From Lama guanicoe (taxonomy: Eukaryota): 41,395 nucleotides of DNA. Below the pieces are notes generated by a model. That model was not told the DNA's origin. It worked only from the letters and a program-made list of their open reading frames with translations, and ran no database searches. A program made the translations under genes and the position numbers. Location of the stretch: positions 25,236,433 to 25,277,827 of the forward strand of contig MU054187.1 in NCBI GenBank assembly GCA_013239625.1, read 5' to 3'. Position 1 is the stretch's first letter. Every line of letters starts with the position of its first letter. This document shows, in pieces, positions 23,803 to 34,829 of this stretch.

Positions 23803-25744
23803 AGAATGATTCTTAACCACAGAGAATGCTTTGCCTGCAGAAAGAATTCACTGTGCTCTTGAAACTAACACTGATCACTGGGGTAAGTCATTCAACACTT
23901 CTTAACCAAGAACAGAGGAAATTAGCGAGGGGAGGCCACAGGGCACAGGGGGGGTTCACAGACAAAAAGCAGCCTCCCTTGGCAGGTGATCAGGGAGAAT
24001 AAAGGCCCCACTTGTGGAACTCCTGAGCTGAGACGGACTCGAGGTGGTGGGGGACAGGGGCAGTGTGCTCCAGGACTGGAGTGTTTCATGCTGTTCCTGT
24101 TCAGTGGGTCCACAGCCCTCCCAGCCCAGATGTGCTTGGGCAGAGTACGCCCCACAGCCTGCTGGTCATGTTGCCAGATGTGGGGTGTAAAATATTCTAA
24201 GTCGGTCCCTTCCAAGCCATGAGAAAGTCACACAGTCTACAAAATTACTATCAGAGACACATCTGTGAGTCAGCCAGCTGCCTGCACCAGACAATTTGGC
24301 TACTGGAAAATCCTGAATAATGACATTTTTCTTAAACACCAGAATAACAACTTGACCTGACAGAAATGACCATTTTTTCATGATTTCACCATTTTTTGCT
24401 TTGGTTACCTATAATCTTCTGCAGAGAATATAAAGGAACTAGAATGAAAATGGTGTTTTTAATGTACATTAACCTCAAATCCAAATGCTGTTCCTTTCAA
24501 GGTGTGGGAAAGGGGAAAGGGTTCTGTGGTGTTAGCTTTGAGGGAGTGAAAGGCTCCTTTTGGATGAGGCTCTTGGACTCCTTTAGGCCATGCTGAGATG
24601 CCTGGGGATTTTCTAATAATACAGTAAATTCACATCTGCAAATAAGTCCTCCTGAAGTCACAGATTACCAGGCCTGCGAGTTTCAATCAGGACCCACGGT
24701 TACTGTGAGCAAAGCCCCAGGACCCCCGGGGCTGAAGCCCCTCAGGAAAGCCCTTGTCTGAAGTCCTCCTCTGATGACAGAAAAAACAGGTGCGCTTTAG
24801 CTTTACATTTCTGGCTCCAAAGCCACCCACAGCTTGCACTGGTGGCATTAATCACAAGAAGGAATCCCTGATGATCACTTTATTTTTGCTCCATAGGAGC
24901 CAGCCGTGCAGAAAAGTCCTGAATCCGGAAACCTGCCAATCTCCATTCATGGGGGAAGCGACAGGCAGGCAGCCAGAACACTTTGGGGCAGAGAGCGAGC
25001 ACCAAGGGAGCCACTCGAGTTTCAGAAGCAGGTCCCCCTCACCCCCTGCTCCCAGGACTCGCCGCTGTCCCCCTGAAAACACACCAGGCCCAGGGGTTAT
25101 GCGCCCTGCCACACCTCTCCACCATTAACTCTTTCGCCGGACCCGCCATACAGTGTGCTCTCCACTTCAAGTCTCTCTGGGTAGCATGCGTGACGGGTGG
25201 GAGTGGGGTGCCAGGAGAAGGGCACCCACCTGGCCCAGCATAGGGCCACCATGCCTGCTGCCACAATCCCTCACTGGGAAGACTGTAATAATTACATCTT
25301 CCTGCTACCCTTAGCCAACCAGCCCAGAATGGCAAAAGACACTGCTGCCAGGAGGGTCCTTACAGAATCCTGAGCCTCGATCAGTAACCGATTCTAAAAA
25401 GCCTCCGAGCTCCCCTTCACGGGGAGAGCCTGTGGCCACCCTCCTGGCGCAGTCCGTCAGCCCCCTGGTCACGCAAATATCGTGCATGGCCTGAGTGACT
25501 CCTTCAGGCTCCCGGGAGCACACTGAGCCACTGCGTGTAGCCCAGGCTCCGTGAGCAAGCCATCCATTTCCAGGAGTTGTCAGCCTACTGGTACACTCTG
25601 GGCAGAAAGAGGGGGTGCAGTTTGCTGCCCTTCCCATCCCCTCGCGGTGCCTAGCCTAAGCTGGGAGCACAGCCCCTAGGCGTCCTGCGCTTCCTCCCGG
25701 GATTCCTAGGGTCCACCAGCTTGAGGGTCTAAGCAGAGAATGTC

Positions 25745-27084
25745 ACGTATGGGAAGCTACGATGCCAGAGCTCTGCACAAGGTTGCACCGGGAACAGCGC
25801 CCCCCACCCAGACACCCTGGCAGCGCCCCAGCTGTCAGTCTGCCACGCAGCCCTCTCATGCTCAACCCTCAGTGGCTCCCAAGACCAGTGCCGGGTCTGC
25901 GTGTGGCTTTGTCTCGGCAGCTCACACCTTCCTCACTGTAGACATCCTCGGGCGCTTCAGTTTAGCAGGTGCCCAGGGACATGGCCCAACCGCACGTCAG
26001 CGAGCCAGCCCAGGGATCTTCACTGCTGCTGCCACTGTGATCCGCTGGAGCTCCTTGCACGGTTGCACTTAATGGCTGGTGCCTGAGGACTGGGCGCCCT
26101 CAGAGGCACCGGCAAGGCACACAGAGGGGGGAGGCCAGCATGAGATGACATCAGGAGAGGGACCGGGATAGTGCCTGGGGGAGCTCCAGGCTTCGAACAC
26201 GTCACCCTGGCACATGCCTTCACCCTGGCCACCCAGCAAGCTTGGCAGGCACAACCTGGGAAGCGCACGCGCCTCTAGGCCCACTAACTGCTGCGCGGGG
26301 AGTGGCAGGTAAGGCGGGGGAAAGTGGGGGTCTCAAGGCACCAGAAGATTTGTCTGAGTGCCCGCCATCCCAGTGCGCAGTGCCTCTCTTGGAGCCCAGT
26401 GCACCGACGCCAGCCATAAGGCCCCAAGGTGCAAGGCTCCAGCAGGTCAGAGTGGCAGCAGCAGCGAGGACCCCTGGCCTGGCGGACTAAAAAGCTGATA
26501 GGAAAAGTCACCAGGCACCTGCTACCATTCCCTTGTTTCTTGGGTACCACGCTGATAGGGCCAAGTGGAAAAAGTCACCTCTCCACAAAGACCCGCTCGG
26601 TGCTCGTTCCCACATCCTTGGGAGCCTCGGGTGCCAGGGCCCTGCGAAGGATGCCATGGAGTCCCTGCCCCCAAAATGGAGCACTTGCAGGGCCCAAGCT
26701 GTCTATCTCGCCACACAGCCCTGGCCCCCCAACCCCCAATGGCTCCTGTGACCCGCACCAGGTCCACTTGCGGCTTTGGCATGGTGGCTCGTACCTTCCT
26801 CAGTGTAGACGTCCTCAGGTGCTCCAGTTCAGCAGGTGCCTGGGGACATGGCCCAACCGCACGTCAGCCAGCCAGCCCAGGGATCCATGCCGCTGCCAGC
26901 GCTCTGACCCACTGGAGCTCCTTGCACTGTTGTGCTGTGTGGCCAGCACCTGAGCACTGGGTGCCTTCAGAGGCACTGTGCAAGGCGCACAGAGGGGGAG
27001 GCCAGCGTGGGATGACATGGGGGGGGCTAGCGCTTGTGGGAGCACCAGGCTTAGAATCAGGTACCCTGGCACGTGCATTCACGC
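25745..27084. repeat. CpG-rich ~470-bp module: direct copies at ~25745-26224 and ~26615-27084, with an inverted partial copy at ~26370-26525
   Basis: Both direct copies share CTTCCTCA.TGTAGAC.TCCTC.GG.GCT.CAGTT.AGCAGGTGCC..GGGACATGGCCCAACCGCACGTCAGC.AGCCAGCCCAGGGATC; period ~865-870 bp. 26430-26524 matches the reverse complement of ~25962-26060. Confidence 0.88.
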
Positions 27085-27103
27085 ACATAGGCAGTGTACT
27101 CTG

Positions 27104-28020
27104 ACTAAATCCCAGCGGTATATTTTTGATCCAGCTCCTGGAGTAACTCAAATAAAAGCAAAAATAAATGGGATCTAATTAAACTTAAAAGCTTTTGCAC
27201 ACTTAAGGATGCCATCAACCAAATTAAAAGACAACTTACAGAATAGGAGAAAATATTTGCAAATGATGCAACCGACAATGGACTAATTTACAAAATATAC
27301 AAACAGCTCATACATCTTAATATCAAAAAAACAAGCCACCCAATCTAAAAATGGGCACAAGATCTAAAGAAGCAATTCTCCAATGAAGACATACAATTGG
27401 CCAATAGGTACATTACTTAGCTCAGCATCGCTAATTGTGAGAAAAATACAGATCAAAACTACAATATCACCTCACACCAGCCAGAATGGCCATCATTATG
27501 TCTACAAATGATAGATGCTGGAGAGGGTGTAAAAAAAGGAAAAGCTCTACACTGTTGGTAGGTGCGTAGACTGGTGCAGCCACTATGGAGAACAACATGG
27601 AGGCTCCTTAAAAAACTAAAAATAGACCTACCATGTGATCCAGCAATCCTACTCATGGGCATATATCCACAGAAAAATAAAATTCAAAAAAAAATGCACC
27701 CCAATGTTCACAGCAGCAATAGCCAAGACATGGGAACAATCCAAATGTCCATCAACAGATGACTGGATAAAGTTGTGAGAGATATATATACAAACACATA
27801 CATATACACACACATACATACACACACACATACATACATATACACATACAATGGAATACTCCTCAACCGTTAAAGAAATGCCATTTGAAGCAACATAGAT
27901 GGACCTGGAGATCGCCATTCTAACTGAAGTGGGCCGGAAAGAGAAAAAAAATGCTATTAATCACTTACATGTGAAATCTAAAAAAAAACAAAAACAAAAA
28001 AAAGACACAAATTAACTACT
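27104..28020 (+). mobile_element. LINE-1 ORF2 3' part and partial 3' UTR with an internal (CATA/CA)n tract
   Basis: ATGGGATCTAATTAAACTTAAAAGCTTTTGCAC..., LVQPLWRTTWRLLKKLKIDLPCDPAI; microsatellite at 27783-27850. Confidence 0.92.
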
Positions 28021-28249
28021 TATTATTTATAACTTTAATGACTGATTTCTTGAATATGTGTAAGCATATTTGACTGTCCTTTATGATCAGATTACTGCAT
28101 TCTGTTGATTCTTATTTTGTGGCTGACTTTATTCCTCTGATAACTATGTAAGTTTAAAAAGATAAAGCTCTAATCTATTCTTAGAAACAATGATCAGTAC
28201 ATATACATAAACTAACATAAAATATGTGCAACACATTGTATATATGTAT

Positions 28250-29960
28250 ACTAAAAATAACTATATGGAAACAAATTGGACAACCCAGAAGAAATGGACA
28301 AGTTTCTGAAAACATGCAGACCACTATGACAGAATAAGAAATAGACCACTTAAATAAACCGATCACTAGAAATGAAACAATAAGCAATAATCAGAAATTA
28401 GCAAAAACCTTCCTGCAAACAAAAGTCCAGATCAGATGGCTACTCAGGAATTTTACAAAACATACAAAGAACTCATACCGATCCTTCTCAAACTCTGAAC
28501 AGATTGAAAAGGAACAAATACTCCTAAACTCAATCTATGAACCCAACATCACCCATATACCAAAACCAAAGACACTACCAAAACCGAAAATTACAGGTCA
28601 GTATCACTTATGAACATACATGTAAAAATCATCCACAAAATATTAGCAAAAAGATTCCAACAGCACATAAAAAACATCCTACACCATAATTAAGCTGGAT
28701 TCATCCCAGGGACACAAGGATGGTTCAAAATACACAAATGAATCAATGTGAAATAACACCTCACAAAATAAAAGACAAAAACCACATGGTCGTCTCAAAA
28801 GATGATGAAAAACCATAACAAATTCAGCCATTTATGATAAAAATTCACAAAAAGGGGGCATAGAGGGGACCTATCTGAACATAATAAAAGCTATTTATGA
28901 AAAACCTACAGCTAACACAGTACTAAACAGTGAAGAACTGAAAAATACGCCACGAAAATCTGGAACAAGACAAAGATGCCAACTCTCATCCCTAATATTC
29001 AATATACTATTGGAAGTCCGAGCCATAGCAATTAGACAACAAAAAGAAATAAAAGGGGTCCAAATTTAAAGAGAAGAGGTAAAACTCTTATCATATGCAG
29101 ATGATATGATACTATATACACAAAGTCCTAATGGCTCCACACAAAAATGACTAAAGCTCATTAAAGGATTCGGCAAAGTAGCAGAAAACAACATCGGCAT
29201 ACAGAAATCAGTGGCATTTCTTCACATGAATGTAATACTCCCTTTTAAAATTGCATCCAAAAAATAAAATACTCAGGAATAAATCTAACAAAAGACGTGA
29301 AAGACTTACATGCGGAGACCCTAAAAACACTAAAGGGAATTAAAGAGGACTTAGAGAAACCGAAAGATAGCCCATGTCCTTGTATTGGAAGAATCAATAT
29401 TGTTAAAATGGCCATACCTGCCCAGAGGCATCAACAGACTGAATGCAGATCTCTACCAAATAACACAGGTAATTTTTCACAGAAACAGAAAAAATCTTCT
29501 TAAAATTTACATGGAATCACAAAAGACCCAGGATTACTGAAACATTACTCAAGAAAAAGAACAAAGCTGGAGGAATAAGCCTCCCAGACTTCAGACAGTA
29601 CTACACGCCTACAATCGAAACAGCACGGTACTGCTACAAAAACAGACATATGGATCAGTGGAACAGAAACGAGAGCCCAGAAATAAGCCCACAAACTTTT
29701 GGTCAATTAATCTTTGACAAAGGAGGGAAGAACATACGATGGAGGGAAGACAGTCTCTTCAGCAAAGGCTGTAGGGAAAACTGGACCGCTGCATGGAAAT
29801 CAACGAAGTTAGATGACTGCCTAACACTGTACACAGAAATAAACTCAAAATAGCTTAAAGACTTAAACAGAAGACCAAAATCTATAAACCTCTTAGAAGA
29901 AACCATAGGCAACACATTACCTCACATACATCTCAGCAAAGTGCTCCTAGGGCACTCTAG
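28250..29960 (+). mobile_element. LINE-1 ORF2 central fragment (RT region)
   Basis: GGATTCATCCCAGGGACACAAGGATGGTTC (GFIPGTQGWF); intact YADDMILY at ~29094-29117; [25 protein letters not shown]. Confidence 0.95.
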
Positions 29961-31366
29961 CACCAGAGTGTCTGTCTGTCTAATGGAGGAATGCTCCCAG
30001 GACTCTACCCACCTGGAAGGATGTCAACTGCCATCCTGAGGCAGCAGAGGGTGCCCCAGAGCAGGATGAGGGGGCCACAGGGTGGAAATTCACAAGCTTG
30101 CCTGGCACCGGGAGCCCTAGCTTCCACCTTCTCTGTAGCCACCACCGCACCACCCCCTCCCCACCCCTTGACCACCCCGCATCCGCCTCCCGGGAGCAGG
30201 CCAACACAGAGAGCTGAATCTCTTGTACCTAGGGTACCAGAGACCGACCCCAGGACCGGCCAAGGAGGAGAGGGGAGCAAATACATGGGCTCAGTGGGGC
30301 AGCCCTGCCTCCTGACTGCAGCCTCAGACCGCAGAGCGCCCGCCTCCGGGGGCAGGTGGATCTGGAAACATGCATGCTGTGATCCTGGGGCAGGAGAGGC
30401 CGACCCCAGGCCAAGCTGTTGTGGAGATGGGAGCAAAGTGATCAGCTAACCCGAGGCAGTCTGCCTCCCACGACGTCCCTTTACCCTGAACTCACCTCGC
30501 CATCATCCCAGGACCGTGCTGACAAGGAGACCTAAATCCCTCAAACCTGGGCTAGCAGAGGTCGCCCCAAGGCCAGGAGAGGGGCAGATGGGAGGAAAAT
30601 GACCAAGTCGGCGAGGCATCCCCCTTACCTGCTGTGCAGCCTCTTCTCTGCCCCCGACCTCTTCCCCTGACTTCACATGCCTGCTCTCAAGGGCAGGGTG
30701 ACTTCAAAGGCTTGAGTCCTGCAAACGTGGGGGAGCGGAGGCCGCCCCCAGGCCAGGCCACTAGGGACATGGGGGAAAATCCTCTGGCTCACCAGGGGCA
30801 CCCAAGTCCTCGGTCGCCGCCGCCGACCCCATCCCTAGACCGCACCCCGCCTCTAGTGTGTCTGTCTGTCTGATTGTCTGCCTGACTTCTTATCTACTGG
30901 AGGAGGGGAGAGGCTACTCTATGTGGGTGTCTCTCTGTTTATCTAACGGAGAAGAAGACGACTAGTATGTCTCTATCTTTCCCTGCCTATCTATCAATCA
31001 ATCCATCCATCTATCTATCTATTAATCAATGTACTGGAGGCATAGGAACAGGCTAGTGTGTCTTTTTATCTGTCTGTCTGTCGGTTGTAAGAGGACATTA
31101 GTGTGTCTATCTACCTACATTAATTGAGGTGTAGGAGGAGATTAGTGTGTGTTTGTGTGTGTGTGTGTGTGTGTTTGTCTGTCTATGTATGTAACTGTCT
31201 ACCTATCTAACGCATGAGGAGGAGTAATTTAGGATATATGTCTGTTTCTAAATGGAAGAAGTGGGTAGTGTTTCTGTCTGTCTATTTATTTTTCTATCGG
31301 TCTGTCTAATGGAGGAATCCTCCCAGGACTCGACCTACCTGGAGGGATGCCAATTTCCACCCTGAG

Positions 31367-31380
31367 GCAGCAGGGGGCGC
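31367..31380 (+). promoter_or_regulatory. Candidate CTCF-binding motif in the macrosatellite unit
   Basis: GCAGCAGGGGGCGC matches 13 of 14 positions of the CCASYAGRKGGCRS core; the paralogous position 30041-30054 reads GCAGCAGAGGGTGC. Confidence 0.4.
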
Positions 31381-32308
31381 CCCTAGAGCATGCTGTGGAG
31401 TACACTGGGTGGAAATTCATAGGCTTGCCTGGGCAGCCCGAGCCCCCTGCATCAGCCCTCTCTACAGCCGCCTCGGCCCCGCCTCCGCCCTGCCCCCTGA
31501 CCAGCCCGCTCCTGCCTCCCGGGTGCAGGCCTACAGGGAGATGTGCATCTCCTGTTCCTAGAGTAGCAGAAAACGACCCCAGGCCAAGGAGGAGATGGGA
31601 GCAAATACATGGGCTCGATGGGGCAGCCCCACCTCCTCACTGCAGCCTCGGACCGCAGAGTGCCCACCTTCGGGGGCAGGTGGGCCTGGAAACATGCATG
31701 CTGTGATCCTGGGGCAGGAGAGGCCGACCCCAGGCCAGGCTGTTGTGGAGATGGGAGCAAAGTGATCAGCTAACCCGAGGCAGTCTGCCTCCCGCGACGT
31801 CCCTTTACCCTGAACTCACCTCGCCATCATCCCAGGACCGTGCTGACAAGGAGACCTAAATCCCTCAAACTGGGCTAGCAGAGGTCACCCCGAGGCTAGG
31901 AGAGGGGCAGATGGGAAGAAAATGACCAAGTCGGCGAGGCATCCCCGTTAGATGCTGTGGAGCCTCTTCTCTGTTCCCGACCTCTTCCCCTGACTTCACC
32001 ACGCCTGCTGTCAAGCGCAGGCTGACTTCAAAGGCTTGAGTCCTGCAAACTTGGGGGAGTGGAGGCCGCCCCAAGGCAAGGCAGATAGGGACATGGGAGA
32101 AAAATCCCCTGGCTCGCCAGGGGCACCCTTGTCCCTGGTCACCGCCGCCGAACCCTGTCCCCAGACCACAACCCGCCTCTAGTATGTGTGTCTGTCTGCC
32201 TGCCTGTCAATTGGAGGATGGGAGACGCTAGTCTATGTGTGTTTCTGTCTGTTTATCTAATGGAGAAGAAGGCTAATAGCATGTCTATCTCCTTGCCTGC
32301 CTATCTCT

Positions 32309-32354
32309 GTATGTATGTATGTATGTATGTATGTATGTATGTATGTATGAATGA

Positions 32355-32411
<57 letters not shown>
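32309..32411 (+). repeat. Compound microsatellite (GTAT)n-(TCTA)n
   Basis: Direct reading. Confidence 0.95.
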
Positions 32412-33023
32412 GAGGAGGGAACGGGGTAGGCTAGTGTGTCTTCTTATTTTTCTGTCTGTTGAAGGAGTAGTTTAGTTTGTCTCTCTACCTACCTATTTAA
32501 GGAAGCAGAGGAAGCCAGTGTGTGTGCGTGTGCGTGTGCGTATGCGTGTGTGCGTGTGGGTCTGTCTATCTATGTATCTGTAAGTAAAGGGGGAGGAGGC
32601 TACTGTATCTATCTACTAGTCTATGTATGCATGTATTGGAGGAGGAGTAGACTAGTACGTCTGTCTGTGTGTCTGTCTATCAGATACCTATGTGTGTACC
32701 TATAACTAATCGAGAAGAAGGAGGAGGCTACAGTTTCTGTCTGTCTGTCTGTCAGAGGAGGAGAAGACCAGTGTGTCTGTCTATGTGTCTGTGAGTCTGT
32801 CTCGATCTATATCTACTGAAGAAGGAGGAGGCCCGTGTGTCTGGCTACCTGTGTATCTAACAGGAGAAGGTAGAGGCTAGTGTGTATATCCATCAATCTT
32901 ATGGACTATCTATCTAATGTAGGAAGAGAAAGAGTGTGTTAAGTTTGCCTAACTATTATCTAATGGAGGAGGAGATTAGTGTGTCTATGAACCTACCTAA
33001 TTGAGCAGCAGGAGGAGGCTAGA

Positions 33024-33025
33024 GT

Positions 33026-33070
<45 letters not shown>

Positions 33071-33077
33071 TGTGTGT
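33024..33077 (+). repeat. (GT)n microsatellite (shorter paralogue at 31145-31176)
   Basis: Direct reading. Confidence 0.95.
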
Positions 33078-33396
33078 CTGACTATGTATATATCTGTCTA
33101 ACTATCTAATTGATGAGGAGCAGAAGGTTAGGATATATGGCTGTTTCTAAATGCAGGAAGAGGCTAGTCTGTCTGTGTGTCTATTTATTTGTCTGTCTGT
33201 CTGTCTAATGGAGGATGCCTCCCAGGACTCGACCGACCTGGAGGGATGCAAATTGCCAGCCTGAGGCAGCGGAGCGACCCCAGAGCATACTGCGGCGTAC
33301 ACTGGGTGGAAATCCACAGGCTTGCCTGGGCAGCCCGCGCCCCCCGCATCCGCGTTTCTGCAGGTACCCCCGCCCTGCCCCGCCCCCTGACCACCT

Positions 33397-34380
33397 GGCT
33401 TTATTTCCAGAATATATAAACAGCTCATACAACTGAATAACTAAAAAACAAACAAGCCAGTCCAAAAATGGGCAGAAGACCTAAACAAGCAATTCTCCAA
33501 GGAAGAAATACAAATGATCAATAGGCACATGAAAAAATGCTCAATATCACTAATGATCAGAGAAATGCAAATCAGAAATACAATGAGGTAGCACCTCACA
33601 GCAGTCACAATGACCATCATTCAAAAGTTCACATATGACAGATGCTGGAGAGGCTGTGTAGAAAAGGGAACCCTCCTACACTGCTGGTGGGAAGGCAGTT
33701 TGGTGCAGCCACTGTGGAAAACAGTATGGAGATTCCTCAAAAGACTAGGAATAGACTAACCATATGACCCAGGGATTCCGCTCATAAGGAACCCTACTTA
33801 AAAAAGACACCTGCACCACATTGTTCACAGCAGCACTATTTACAATAGCCAAGACATGTAAACAGCCTAAATGTCTGTCAAGAGATGACTGGAAAAAGAA
33901 GAGCTGGTATATTTATACAATGGAATACCACCACTCAGCCATAAAAAGTGACAACATAAAGCCTTTTGCAGCAACATGGAGAATGTCATCCTGAGTGCAG
34001 TAAGCCAGAAAGAGAAAGAAAAATGTCATATGAGATTGCTTATATGTGGAATCTTAGAGAAAAAAAAAAGGAAAGAAAGAAAGAAAGAAAAGAAAATGAC
34101 AAACATAAATACAAAAGAGAAACAGGCTCACAGACATAGAATACAAACTTGTGGTTGTTGGGGGGAGGCACGTAGGAAGGGACAGACTGGGAGTACAAAA
34201 TTTGTACATACTGGCAGGTATATATACAATAGATAAACAAGATTATACTGTATAGCACAGGGAAACGCATACAATTTTGTAAACACTGTGCACTACACTG
34301 GAAATTAACACAACATTCTAAACTCAGTATGAGTTAATAAAAAAGGAAACAGTAAATTCAGAATAAATAAATAAAAAGAA
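33397..34380 (+). mobile_element. LINE-1 3' fragment, same camelid-type subfamily as 11681-12555
   Basis: ATGAAAAAATGCTCAATATCACTAAT.ATCAGAGAA...GGAGATTCCTCAAAAGACTAGGAATAGACT is nearly identical to the 11.7-kb copy; A-rich tail. Confidence 0.95.
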
Positions 34381-34768
34381 AAGAAGTTGAGGTATATTTA
34401 TACAATGGAATACTACTATGCCATGAAAAGGAATAAAATAATGTCACTTGCAGCAAAATGGATGGACCCAAAGATCATCATTCTAAGTTAAGTAAGCCAT
34501 AAAAAGAAAGAAAAATACCACAGATCACTCATATGTGGAACCTTCAAAAAAGAAAGGACACTATGAACTCATTTACAATAGAGAAACAGACACGCAGACT
34601 TAGTATATAATCTTACGGTCACCAGAGAAAGGGGGTGTGAAAGGAGAAATTTGGTCGTTTACAATCTACAAATCTAACTCATCATATATAAAGAAAGATT
34701 TTTAAAAATCTTCTTCTGTATAACACAGAGACCTCTGCTCAATATCTCATACTAACCTACAATGGAAA
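34381..34768 (+). mobile_element. Second, more diverged LINE-1 3' end
   Basis: TATACAATGGAATACTACT..GCCATGAAAAGGAATAAAATAATGTCACTTGCAGCAAAATGGATGGACC. Confidence 0.85.
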
Positions 34769-34829
34769 CACTGCCAAAGCTACCACCTGAAGAACCAAGA
34801 GGAAAAAGAGGAGTCAGTTATCCTAGGCT

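Larger units (their letters stand above)
29966..33396 (+). repeat. Composite macrosatellite: units start at ~29981, ~31307 and ~33206 (third truncated); each is a ~875-bp GC-rich block plus a variable TCTA/TCTG/GT/GGA low-complexity block
   Basis: TAATGGAGGA..CTCCCAGGACTC.ACC.ACCTGGA.GGATG recurs at periods of 1326 and 1899 bp; the GC blocks end CCCGCCTCTAG (30856, 32182). Confidence 0.92.

Noticed and set aside
25740..27178. Dense cluster of 60-180 aa ORFs in many frames
   Set aside because: Stop-poor GC-rich duplicated DNA; reading frames are not preserved between the copies.
29966..33396. rRNA genes or a CRISPR-like array
   Set aside because: No rRNA-conserved sequence, and no short identical repeats with unique spacers; the context is eukaryotic. 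An rDNA intergenic-spacer origin cannot be excluded without a search.
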